In this document: piece by piece, positions 25,801 to 39,312 of the stretch
Layout: the number at the start of each line of letters is the position of its first letter
Numbering within the stretch: the first letter of the stretch is position 1
Assembly: GCA_964057225.1 (NCBI GenBank)
Contig: OZ059897.1
Location: 21,018,001-21,082,000, forward strand
Source: Auanema rhodensis
Taxonomy: Eukaryota; Animalia; Nematoda
Reading direction: 5' to 3'
DNA: 64,000 bases
Notes under the pieces: generated by a model
The model's input: only the letters and a program-made list of their open reading frames with translations
Told to the model about the DNA's origin: nothing
Databases searched by the model: none
Translations under genes and position numbers: made by a program

Positions 25801-28800
25801 AAATCCGCATCGAATGCACTATACTACATTAAGAAACGCTTGATACAAAAATTAGTTATGATCGTTTGAAAAATGATGCATTAGTGTATGTTGAGTTTCC
25901 ATGTACACTCAACATTGCTTCCAAAAACATTTTGACAAAAATTTTTTCGAAAAATTTCAAAATTATTTAGCAAAAAGTAGATGTTTTTAGATTCCATTTT
26001 TCAAGGCAAAGACGATAGACAATGTTATTCAACGGAAAAGTTAATTCTTCAGGGTGAAAATCGAGGATATAAGTGTGAACTTATATCAGTTGATATCTCG
26101 GTGCATTTTTAAGCTAGCGCAAATCTGATAACACAGATCTACGCAGCTTAAAAATCCGCATCGAATGCACTATATTACATTGAGAAACACTTAATACAAA
26201 AATTAGTTATGATCGTTTGAAAAATGATGCATTAGTGTATGTTGAGTTTCCATGTACACTCAACATTGCTTCCAAAAACATTTTGATAAAAATTTTTTCG
26301 AAAAATTTCAAAATTATTTAGCAAAAAGTAGATGTTTTTAGATTCCATTTTTCAAGGCAAAGACGATGGACAATGTTATTCAACGAAAAAATTAATTCTT
26401 CAGGGTGAAAATCGAGGATATAAGTGTGAACTTATATCAGTTGATATCTCGGTGCATTTTTAAGCTAGCGCAAATCTGATAACACAGATCGACGCAGCTT
26501 AAAAATCCGGATCGAATGCACTATACTACATTAAGAAACGCTTGATACAAAAATTAGTTATGATCGTTTGAAAAATGATGCATTAGTGTATGTTGAGTTT
26601 CCATGTACACTCAACATTGCTTCCAAAAACATTTTGACAAAAATTTTTTCGAAAAATTTCAAAATTATTTAGCAAATAGTAGATGTTTTTAGATTCCATT
26701 TTTCAAGGCAAAGACGATAGACAATGTTATTCAACGGAAAAGTTAATTCTTCAGGGTGAAAATCGAGGATATAAGTGTGAACTTATATCAGTTGATATCT
26801 CGGTGCATTTTTAAGCTAGCGCAAATCTGATAACACAGATCGACGCAGCTTAAAAATCCGGATCGAATGCACTATACTACATTAAGAAACGCTTGATACA
26901 AAAATTAGTTATGATCGTTTGAAAAATGATGCATTAGTGTATGTTGAGTTTCCATGTACACTCAACATTGCTTCCAAAAACATTTTGACAAAAATTTTTT
27001 CGAAAAATTTCAAAATAATTTAGCAAAAAGTAAATGTTTTAAGATTCCATTTTTCAAGGCAAAGACGATGGACAATGTTATTCAACGAAAAAATTAATTC
27101 TTCAGGGTGAAAATCGAGGATATAAGTGTGAACTTATATCAGTTGATATCTCGGTGCATTTTTAAGCTAGCGCAAATCTGATAACACAGATCGACGCAGC
27201 TTAAAAATCCGGATCGAATGCACTATACTACATTAAGAAACGCTTGATACAAAAATTAGTTATGATCGTTTGAAAAATGATGCATTAGTGTATGTTGAGT
27301 TTCCATGTACACTCAACATTGCTTCCAAAAACATTTTGACAAAAATTTTTTCGAAAAATTTCAAAATTATTTAGCAAAAAGTAGATGTTTTTAGATTCCA
27401 TTTTTCAAGGCAAAGACGATAGACAATGTTATTCAACGGAAAAGTTAATTCTTCAGGGTGAAAATCGAGGATATAAGTGTGAACTTATATCAGTTGATAT
27501 CTCGGTGCATTTTTAAGCTAGCGCAAATCTGATAACACAGATCGACGCAGCTTAAAAATCCGCATCGAATGCACTATACTACATTGAGAAACGCTTAATA
27601 CAAAAATTAGTTATGATCGTTTGAAAAATGATGCATTAGTGTATGTTGAGTTTCCATGTACACTCAACATTGCTTCCAAAAACATTTTGACAAAAATTTT
27701 TTCGAAAAATTTCAAAATAATTTAGCAAAAAGTAGATGTTTTTAGATTCCTTTTTTCAAGGCAAAGACGATGGACAATGTTATTCAACGAAAAAATTATT
27801 TCTTCAGGGTGAAAATCGAGGATATAAGTGTGAACTTATATCAGTTGATATCTCGGTGCATTTTTAAGCTAGCGCAAATCTGATAACACAGATCGACGCA
27901 GCTTAAGAATCCGCATCGAATGCACTATACTACATTGAGAAACGCTTAATACAAAAATTAGTTATGATCGTTTGAAAAATGATGCATTAGTGTATGTTGA
28001 GTTTCCATGTACACTCAACATTGCTTCCAAAAACATTTTGACAAGAATTTTTTCGAAAAATTTCAGAATAATTTAGCAAAAAGTAGATGTTTTTAGATTC
28101 CTTTTTTCAAGGCAAAGACGATGGACAATGTTATTCAACGAAAAAATTATTTCTTCAGGGTGAAAATCGAGGATATAAGTGTGAACTTATATCAGTTGAT
28201 ATCTCGGTGCATTTTTAAGCTAGCGCAAATCTGATAACACAGATCGACGCAGCTTAAAAATCCGCATCGAATGCACTATACTACATTAAGAAACGCTTGA
28301 TACAAAAATTAGTTATGATCGTTTGAAAAATGATGCATTAGTGTATGTTGAGTTTCCATGTACACTCAACATTGCTTCCAAAAACATTTTGACAAAAATT
28401 TTTTCGAAAAATTTCAAAATTATTTAGCAAAAAGTAGATGTTTTTAGATTCCATTTTTCAAGGCAAAGACGATAGACAATGTTATTCAACGGAAAAGTTA
28501 ATTCTTCAGGGTGAAAATCGAGGATATAAGTGTGAACTTATATCAGTTGATATCTCGGTGCATTTTTAAGCTAGCGCAAATCTGATAACACAGATCTACG
28601 CAGCTTAAAAATCCGCATCGAATGCACTATATTACATTGAGAAACACTTAATACAAAAATTAGTTATGATCGTTTGAAAAATGATGCATTAGTGTATGTT
28701 GAGTTTCCATGTACACTCAACATTGCTTCCAAAAACATTTTGATAAAAATTTTTTCGAAAAATTTCAAAATTATTTAGCAAAAAGTAGATGTTTTTAGAT

Positions 28801-30710
28801 TCCATTTTTCAAGGCAAAGACGATGGACAATGTTATTCAACGAAAAAATTAATTCTTCAGGGTGAAAATCGAGGATATAAGTGTGAACTTATATCAGTTG
28901 ATATCTCGGTGCATTTTTAAGCTAGCGCAAATCTGATAACACAGATCGACGCAGCTTAAAAATCCGCATCGAATGCACTATACTACATTAAGAAACGCTT
29001 GATACAAAAATTAGTTATGATCGTTTGAAAAATGATGCATTAGTGTATGTTGAGTTTCCATGTACACTCAACATTGCTTCCAAAAACATTTTGACAAAAA
29101 TTTTTTCGAAAAATTTCAAAATTATTTAGCAAATAGTAGATGTTTTTAGATTCCATTTTTCAAGGCAAAGACGATAGACAATGTTATTCAACGGAAAAGT
29201 TAATTCTTCAGGGTGAAAATCGAGGATATAAGTGTGAACTTATATCAGTTGATATCTCGGTGCATTTTTAAGCTAGCGCAAATCTGATAACACAGATCGA
29301 CGCAGCTTAAAAATCCGGATCGAATGCACTATACTACATTAAGAAACGCTTGATACAAAAATTAGTTATGATCGTTTGAAAAATGATGCATTAGTGTATG
29401 TTGAGTTTCCATGTACACTCAACATTGCTTCCAAAAACATTTTGACAAAAATTTTTTCGAAAAATTTCAAAATAATTTAGCAAAAAGTAAATGTTTTAAG
29501 ATTCCATTTTTCAAGGCAAAGACGATGGACAATGTTATTCAACGAAAAAATTAATTCTTCAGGGTGAAAATCGAGGATATAAGTGTGAACTTATATCAGT
29601 TGATATCTCGGTGCATTTTTAAGCTAGCGCAAATCTGATAACACAGATCGACGCAGCTTAAAAATCCGGATCGAATGCACTATACTACATTAAGAAACGC
29701 TTGATACAAAAATTAGTTATGATCGTTTGAAAAATGATGCATTAGTGTATGTTGAGTTTCCATGTACACTCAACATTGCTTCCAAAAACATTTTGACAAA
29801 AATTTTTTCGAAAAATTTCAAAATTATTTAGCAAAAAGTAGATGTTTTTAGATTCCATTTTTCAAGGCAAAGACGATAGACAATGTTATTCAACGGAAAA
29901 GTTAATTCTTCAGGGTGAAAATCGAGGATATAAGTGTGAACTTATATCAGTTGATATCTCGGTGCATTTTTAAGCTAGCGCAAATCTGATAACACAGATC
30001 GACGCAGCTTAAAAATCCGCATCGAATGCACTATACTACATTGAGAAACGCTTAATACAAAAATTAGTTATGATCGTTTGAAAAATGATGCATTAGTGTA
30101 TGTTGAGTTTCCATGTACACTCAACATTGCTTCCAAAAACATTTTGACAAAAATTTTTTCGAAAAATTTCAAAATAATTTAGCAAAAAGTAGATGTTTTT
30201 AGATTCCTTTTTTCAAGGCAAAGACGATGGACAATGTTATTCAACGAAAAAATTATTTCTTCAGGGTGAAAATCGAGGATATAAGTGTGAACTTATATCA
30301 GTTGATATCTCGGTGCATTTTTAAGCTAGCGCAAATCTGATAACACAGATCGACGCAGCTTAAGAATCCGCATCGAATGCACTATACTACATTGAGAAAC
30401 GCTTAATACAAAAATTAGTTATGATCGTTTGAAAAATGATGCATTAGTGTATGTTGAGTTTCCATGTACACTCAACATTGCTTCCAAAAACATTTTGACA
30501 AGAATTTTTTCGAAAAATTTCAGAATAATTTAGCAAAAAGTAGATGTTTTTAGATTCCTTTTTTCAAGGCAAAGACGATGGACAATGTTATTCAACGAAA
30601 AAATTATTTCTTCAGGGTGAAAATCGAGGATATAAGTGTGAACTTATATCAGTTGATATCTCGGTGCATTTTTAAGCTAGCGCAAATCTGATAACACAGA
30701 TCGACGCAGC
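25800..30710 (+). repeat. 7-monomer (2457-bp) duplication (about M75-81, M82-88)
   Basis: Private variants repeat at +2457: TTTGATAAA (M75, M82), GCAAATAGT (M76, M83), TTAAGAATC/ACAAGAAT/TTCAGAAT (M80, M87). Confidence 0.9.
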
Positions 30711-31941
30711 TTAAAAATCCGGATCGAATGCACTATACTACATTAAGAAACGCTTGATACAAAAATTAGTTATGATCGTTTGAAAAATGATGCATTAGTG
30801 TATGTTGAGTTTCCATGTACACTCAACATTGCTTCCAAAAACATTTTGACAAAAATTTTTTCGAAAAATTTCAAAATAATTTAGCAAAAAGTAGATGTTT
30901 TTAGATTCTATTTTTCAAGGCAAAGACGATAGACAATGTTATTCAACGGAAAAGTTAATTCTTCAGGGTGAAAATCGAGGATATAAGTGTGAACTTATAT
31001 CAGTTGATATCTCGGTGCATTTTTAAGCTAGCGCAAATCTGATAACACAGATCGACGCAGCTTAAAAATCCGCATCGAATGCACTATACTACATTGAAAA
31101 ACGCTTGATACAAAAATCAGTTATGATCGTTTGAAAAATGATGCATTAGTGTATGTTGAGTTTCCATGTACACTCAATATTGCTTCCAAAAACATTTTGA
31201 CAAAAATTTTTTCGAAAAATTTCAAAATAATTTAGCAAAAAGTAGATGTTTTTAGATTCCTTTTTTCAAGGCAAAGACGATGGACAATGTTATTCAACGA
31301 AAAAATTATTTCTTCAGGGTGAAAATCGAGGATATAAGTGTGAACTTATATCAGTTGATATCTCGGTGCATTTTTAAGCTAGCGCAAATCTGATAACACA
31401 GATCGACGCAGCTTAAAAATCCGCATCGAATGCACTATACTACATTGAGAAACGCTTAATACAAAAATTAGTTATGATCGTTTGAAAAATGATGCATTAG
31501 TGTATGTTGAGTTTCCATGTACACTCAACATTGCTTCCAAAAACATTTTGACAAAAATTTTTTCGAAAAATTTCAAAATAATTTAGCAAAAAGTAGATGT
31601 TTTTAGATTCCTTTTTTCAAGGCAAAGACGATGGACAATGTTATTCAACGAAAAAATTAATTCTTCAGGGTGAAAATCGAGGATATAAGTGTGAACTTAT
31701 ATCAGTTGATATCTCGGTGCATTTTTAAGCTAGCGCAAATCTGATAACACAGATCGACGCAGCTTAAAAATCCGCATCGAATGCACTATACTACATTGAG
31801 AAACGCTTAATACAAAAATTAGTTATGATCGTTTGAAAAATGATGCATTAGTGTATGTTGAGTTTCCATGTACACTCAACATTGCTTCCAAAAACATTTT
31901 GACAAAAATTTTTTCGAAAAATTTCAAAATAATTTAGCAAA

Positions 31942-34047
31942 AAGTAGATGTTTTTAGATTCCATTTTTCAAGGCAAAGACGATGGACAATGTTATTCAAC
32001 GAAAAAATTATTTCTTCAGGGTGAAAATCGAGGATATAAGTGTGAACTTATATCAGTTGATATCTCGGTGCATTTTTAAGCTAGCGCAAATCTGATAACA
32101 CAGATCGACGCAGCTTAAAAATCCGCATCGAATGCACTTTACTACATTGAGAAACGCTTGATACAAAAATTAGTTATGATCGTTTGAAAAATGATGCATT
32201 AGTGTATGTTGAGTTTCCATGTACACTCAACATTGCTTCCAAAAACATTTTGACAAAAATTTTTTCGAAAAATTTCAAAATAATTTAGCAAAAAGTAGAT
32301 GTTTTTAGATTCCATTTTTCAAGGCAAAGACGATAGACAATGTTATTCAACGAAAAAATTAATTCTTCAGGGTGAAAATCGAGGATATAAGTGTGAACTT
32401 ATATCAGTTGATATCTCGGTGCATTTTTAAGCTAGCGCAAATCTGATAACACAGATCGACGCAGCTTAAAAATCCGCATCGAATGCACTATACTACATTA
32501 AGAAACGCTTGATACAAAAATTAGTTATGATCGTTTGAAAAATGATGCATTAGTGTATGTTGAGTTTCCATGTACAATCAACATTGCTTCCAAAAACATT
32601 TTGACAAAAATTTTTTCGAAAAATTTCAAAATAATTTAGCAAAAAGTAGATGTTTTTAGATTCCATTTTTCAAGGCAAAGACGATGGACAATGTTATTCA
32701 ACGAAAAAATTAATTCTTCAGGGTGAAAATCGAGGATATAAGTGTGAACCTATATCAGTTGATATCTCGGTGCATTTTTAAGCTAGCGCAAATCTGATAA
32801 GACAGATCGACGCAGCTTAAAAATCCGCATCGAATGCACTATACTACATTGAGAAACGCTTAATACAAAAATTAGTTATGATCGTTTGAAAAATGATGCA
32901 TTAGTGTATGTTGAGTTTCCATGTACACTCAACATTGCTTCCAAAAACATTTTGACAAAAATTTTTTCGAAAAATTTCAAAATAATTTAGCAAAAAGTAG
33001 ATGTTTTTAGATTCCATTTTTCAAGGCAAAGACGATGGACAATGTTATTCAACGAAAAAATTATTTCTTCAGGGTGAAAATCGAGGATATAAGTGTGAAC
33101 TTATATCAGTTGATATCTCGGTGCATTTTTAAGCTAGCGCAAATCTGATAACACAGATCGACGCAGCTTAAAAATCCGCATCGAATGCACTTTACTACAT
33201 TGAGAAACGCTTGATACAAAAATTAGTTATGATCGTTTGAAAAATGATGCATTAGTGTATGTTGAGTTTCCATGTACACTCAACATTGCTTCCAAAAACA
33301 TTTTGACAAAAATTTTTTCGAAAAATTTCAAAATAATTTAGCAAAAAGTAGATGTTTTTAGATTCCATTTTTCAAGGCAAAGACGATAGACAATGTTATT
33401 CAACGAAAAAATTAATTCTTCAGGGTGAAAATCGAGGATATAAGTGTGAACTTATATCAGTTGATATCTCGGTGCATTTTTAAGCTAGCGCAAATCTGAT
33501 AACACAGATCGACGCAGCTTAAAAATCCGCATCGAATGCACTATACTACATTAAGAAACGCTTGATACAAAAATTAGTTATGATCGTTTGAAAAATGATG
33601 CATTAGTGTATGTTGAGTTTCCATGTACAATCAACATTGCTTCCAAAAACATTTTGACAAAAATTTTTTCGAAAAATTTCAAAATAATTTAGCAAAAAGT
33701 AGATGTTTTTAGATTCCATTTTTCAAGGCAAAGACGATGGACAATGTTATTCAACGAAAAAATTAATTCTTCAGGGTGAAAATCGAGGATATAAGTGTGA
33801 ACCTATATCAGTTGATATCTCGGTGCATTTTTAAGCTAGCGCAAATCTGATAAGACAGATCGACGCAGCTTAAAAATCCGCATCGAATGCACTATACTAC
33901 ATTAAGAAACGCTTGATACAAAAATTAGTTATGATCGTTTGAAAAATGATGCATTAGTGTATGTTGAGTTTCCATGTACAATCAACATTGCTTCCAAAAA
34001 CATTTTGACAAAAATTTTTTCGAAAAATTTCAAAATAATTTAGCAAA
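31942..34047 (+). repeat. 3-monomer duplication (M92-94, M95-97)
   Basis: GCACTTT (M92, M95), TACAATC (M93, M96), GAACCTA+TAAGACAG (M94, M97). Confidence 0.88.
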
Positions 34048-37000
34048 AAGTAGATGTTTTTAGATTCCATTTTTCAAGGCAAAGACGATGGACAATGTTA
34101 TTCAACGAAAAAATTATTTCTTCAGGGTGAAAATCGAGGATATAAGTGTGAACTTATATCAGTTGATATCTCGGTGCATTTTTAAGCTAGCGCAAATCTG
34201 ATAACACAGATCGACGCAGCTTAAAAATCCGCATCGAATGCACTATACTACATTGAGAAACGCTTAATACAAAAATTAGTTATGATCGTTTGAAAAATGA
34301 TGCATTAGTGTATGTTGAGTTTCCATGTACACTCAACATTGCTTCCAAAAACATTTTGACAAAAATTTTTTCGAAAAATTTCAAAATAATTTAGCAAAAA
34401 GTAGATGTTTTTAGATTCCTTTTTTCAAGGCAAAGACGATGGACAATGTTATTCAACGAAAAAATTAATTCTTCAGGGTGAAAATCGAGGATATAAGTGT
34501 GAACTTATATCAGTTGATATCTCGGTGCATTTTTAAGCTAGCGCAAATCTGATAACACAGATCGACGCAGCTTAAAAATCCGCATCGAATGCACTATACT
34601 ACATTGAGAAAAGCTTAATACAAAAATTAGTTATGATCGTTTGAAAAATGATGCATTAGTGTATGTTGAGTTTCCATGTACACTCAACATTGCTTCCAAA
34701 AACATTTTGACAAAAATTTTTTCGAAAAATTTCAAAATAATTTAGCAAAAAGTAGATGTTTTTAGATTCCTTTTTTCAAGGCAAAGACGATGGACAATGT
34801 TATTCAACGAAAAAATTATTTCTTCAGGGTGAAAATCGAGGATATAAGTGTGAACTTATATCAGTTGATATCTCGGTGCATTTTTAAGCTAGCGCAAATC
34901 TGATAACACAGATCGACGCAGCTTAAAAATCCGGATCGAATGCACTATACTACATTAAGAAACGCTTGATACAAAAATTAGTTATGATCGTTTGAAAAAT
35001 GATGCATTAGTGTATGTTGAGTTTCCATGTACACTCAACATTGCTTCCAAAAACATTTTGACAAAAATTTTTTCGAAAAATTTCAAAATAATTTAGCAAA
35101 AAGTAGATGTTTTTAGATTCCATTTTTCAAGGCAAAGACGATAGACAATGTTATTCAACGGAAAAGTTAATTCTTCAGGGTGAAAATCGAGGATATAAGT
35201 GTGAACTTATATCAGTTGATATCTCGGTGCATTTTTAAGCTAGCGCAAATCTGATAACACAGATCGACGCAGCTTAAAAATCCGCATCGAATGCACTATA
35301 CTACATTGAAAAACGCTTGATACAAAAATTAGTTATGATCGTTTGAAAAATGATGCATTAGTGTATGTTGAGTTTCCATGTACACTCAATATTGCTTCCA
35401 AAAACATTTTGACAAAAATTTTTTCGAAAAATTTCAAAATAATTTAGCAAAAAGTAGATGTTTTTAGATTCCTTTTTTCAAGGCAAAGACGATGGACAAT
35501 GTTATTCAACGAAAAAATTATTTCTTCAGGGTGAAAATCGAGGATATAAGTGTGAACTTATATCAGTTGATATCTCGGTGCATTTTTAAGCTAGCGCAAA
35601 TCTGATAACACAGATCGACGCAGCTTAAAAATCCGCATCGAATGCACTATACTACATTGAGAAACGCTTAATACAAAAATTAGTTATGATCGTTTGAAAA
35701 ATGATGCATTAGTGTATGTTGAGTTTCCATGTACACTCAACATTGCTTCCAAAAACATTTTGACAAAAATTTTTTCGAAAAATTTCAAAATAATTTAGCA
35801 AAAAGTAGATGTTTTTAGATTCCTTTTTTCAAGGCAAAGACGATGGACAATGTTATTCAACGAAAAAATTAATTCTTCAGGGTGAAAATCGAGGATATAA
35901 GTGTGAACTTATATCAGTTGATATCTCGGTGCATTTTTAAGCTAGCGCAAATCTGATAACACAGATCGACGCAGCTTAAAAATCCGCATCGAATGCACTA
36001 TACTACATTGAGAAAAGCTTAATACAAAAATTAGTTATGATCGTTTGAAAAATGATGCATTAGTGTATGTTGAGTTTCCATGTACACTCAACATTGCTTC
36101 CAAAAACATTTTGACAAAAATTTTTTCGAAAAATTTCAAAATAATTTAGCAAAAAGTAGATGTTTTTAGATTCCTTTTTTCAAGGCAAAGACGATGGACA
36201 ATGTTATTCAACGAAAAAATTATTTCTTCAGGGTGAAAATCGAGGATATAAGTGTGAACTTATATCAGTTGATATCTCGGTGCATTTTTAAGCTAGCGCA
36301 AATCTGATAACACAGATCGACGCAGCTTAAAAATCCGCATCGAATGCACTATACTACATTGAAAAACGCTTGATACAAAAATTAGTTATGATCGTTTGAA
36401 AAATGATGCATTAGTGTATGTTGAGTTTCCATGTACACTCAACATTGCTTCCAAAAACATTTTGACAAAAATTTTTTCGAAAAATTTCAAAATAATTTAG
36501 CAAAAAGTAGATGTTTTTAGATTCCTTTTTTCAAGGCAAAGACGATGGACAATGTTATTCAACGAAAAAATTATTTCTTCAGGGTGAAAATCGAGGATAT
36601 AAGAGTGAACTTATATCAGTTGATATCTCGGTGCATTTTTAAGCTAGCGCAAATCTGATAACACAGATCGACGCAGCTTAAAAATCCGCATCGAATGCAC
36701 TATACTACATTGAGAAACGCTTAATACAAAAATTAGTTATGATCGTTTGAAAAATGATGCATTAGTGTATGTTGAGTTTCCATGTACACTCAACATTGCT
36801 TCCAAAAACATTTTGACAAAAATTTTTTCGAAAAATTTCAAAATAATTTAGCAAAAAGTAGATGTTTTTAGATTCCTTTTTTCAAGGCAAAGACGATGGA
36901 CAATGTTATTCAACGAAAAAATTATTTCTTCAGGGTGAAAATCGAGGATATAAGTGTGAACTTATATCAGTTGATATCTCGGTGCATTTTTAAGCTAGCG

Positions 37001-37206
37001 CAAATCTGATAACACAGATCGACGCAGCTTAAAAATCCGCATCGAATGCACTATATTACATTGAGAAACACTTGATACAAAAATTAGTTATGATCGTTTG
37101 AAAAATGATGCATTAGTGTATGTTGAGTTTCCATGTACACTCAACATTGCTTCCAAAAACATTTTGACAAAAATTTTTTCGAAAAATTTCAAAATAATTT
37201 AGCAAA

Positions 37207-39312
37207 AAGTAAATGTTTTAAGATTCCATTTTTCAAGGCAAAGACGATGGACAATGTTATTCAAGGAAAAAATTAATTCTTCAGGGTGAAAATCGAGGAT
37301 ATAAGTGTGAACTTATATCAGTTGATATCTCGGTGCATTTTTAAGCTAGCGCAAATCTGATAACACAGATCGACGCAGCTTAAAAATCCGCATCGAATGC
37401 ACTATACTACATTAAGAAACGCTTGATACAAAAATTAGTTATGATCGTTTGAAAAATGATGCATTAGTGTATGTTGAGTTTCCATGTACACTCAACATTG
37501 CTTCCAAAAACATTTTGACAAAAATTTTTTCGAAAAATTTCAAAATAATTTAGCAAAAAGTAGATGTTTTTAGATTCCATTTTTCAAGACAAAGACGATA
37601 GACAATGTTATTCAACGAAAAAATTAATTCTTCAGGGTGAAAATCGAGGATATAAGTGTGAACTTATATCAGTTGATATCTCGGTGCATTTTTAAGCTAG
37701 CGCAAATCTGATAACACAGATCGACGCAGCTTAAAAATCCGCATCGAATGCACTATATTACATTGAGAAACACTTGATACAAAAATTAGTTATGATCGTT
37801 TGAAAAATGATGCATTAGTGTATGTTGAGTTTCCATGTACACTCAACATTGCTTCCAAAAACATTTTGACAAAAATTTTTTCGAAAAATTTCAAAATAAT
37901 TTAGCAAAAAGTAGATGTTTTTAGATTTCTTTTTTCAAGGCAAAGACGATGGACAATGTTATTCAACGAAAAAATTAATTCTTCAGGGTGAAAATCGAGG
38001 ATATAAGTGTGAACTTATATCAGTTGATATCTCGGTGCATTTTTAAGCTAGCGCAAATCTGATAACACAGATCGACGCAGCTTAAAAATCCGCATCGAAT
38101 GCACTATACTACATTAAGAAACGCTTGATACAAAAATTAGTTATGATCGTTTGAAAAATGATGCATTAGTGTATGTTGAGTTTCCATGTACACTCAACAT
38201 TGCTTCCAAAAACATTTTGACAAAAATTTTTTCGAAAAATTTCAAAATAATTTAGCAAAAAGTAAATGTTTTAAGATTCCATTTTTCAAGGCAAAGACGA
38301 TGGACAATGTTATTCAAGGAAAAAATTAATTCTTCAGGGTGAAAATCGAGGATATAAGTGTGAACTTATATCAGTTGATATCTCGGTGCATTTTTAAGCT
38401 AGCGCAAATCTGATAACACAGATCGACGCAGCTTAAAAATCCGCATCGAATGCACTATACTACATTAAGAAACGCTTGATACAAAAATTAGTTATGATCG
38501 TTTGAAAAATGATGCATTAGTGTATGTTGAGTTTCCATGTACACTCAACATTGCTTCCAAAAACATTTTGACAAAAATTTTTTCGAAAAATTTCAAAATA
38601 ATTTAGCAAAAAGTAGATGTTTTTAGATTCCATTTTTCAAGACAAAGACGATAGACAATGTTATTCAACGAAAAAATTAATTCTTCAGGGTGAAAATCGA
38701 GGATATAAGTGTGAACTTATATCAGTTGATATCTCGGTGCATTTTTAAGCTAGCGCAAATCTGATAACACAGATCGACGCAGCTTAAAAATCCGCATCGA
38801 ATGCACTATATTACATTGAGAAACACTTGATACAAAAATTAGTTATGATCGTTTGAAAAATGATGCATTAGTGTATGTTGAGTTTCCATGTACACTCAAC
38901 ATTGCTTCCAAAAACATTTTGACAAAAATTTTTTCGAAAAATTTCAAAATAATTTAGCAAAAAGTAGATGTTTTTAGATTTCTTTTTTCAAGGCAAAGAC
39001 GATGGACAATGTTATTCAACGAAAAAATTAATTCTTCAGGGTGAAAATCGAGGATATAAGTGTGAACTTATATCAGTTGATATCTCGGTGCATTTTTAAG
39101 CTAGCGCAAATCTGATAACACAGATCGACGCAGCTTAAAAATCCGCATCGAATGCACTATACTACATTAAGAAACGCTTGATACAAAAATTAGTTATGAT
39201 CGTTTGAAAAATGATGCATTAGTGTATGTTGAGTTTCCATGTACACTCAACATTGCTTCCAAAAACATTTTGACAAAAATTTTTTCGAAAAATTTCAAAA
39301 TAATTTAGCAAA
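37207..39312 (+). repeat. 3-monomer duplication (M107-109, M110-112)
   Basis: CAAGGAAA (M107, M110), CAAGACAA (M108, M111), GATTTCTT (M109, M112). Confidence 0.9.
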
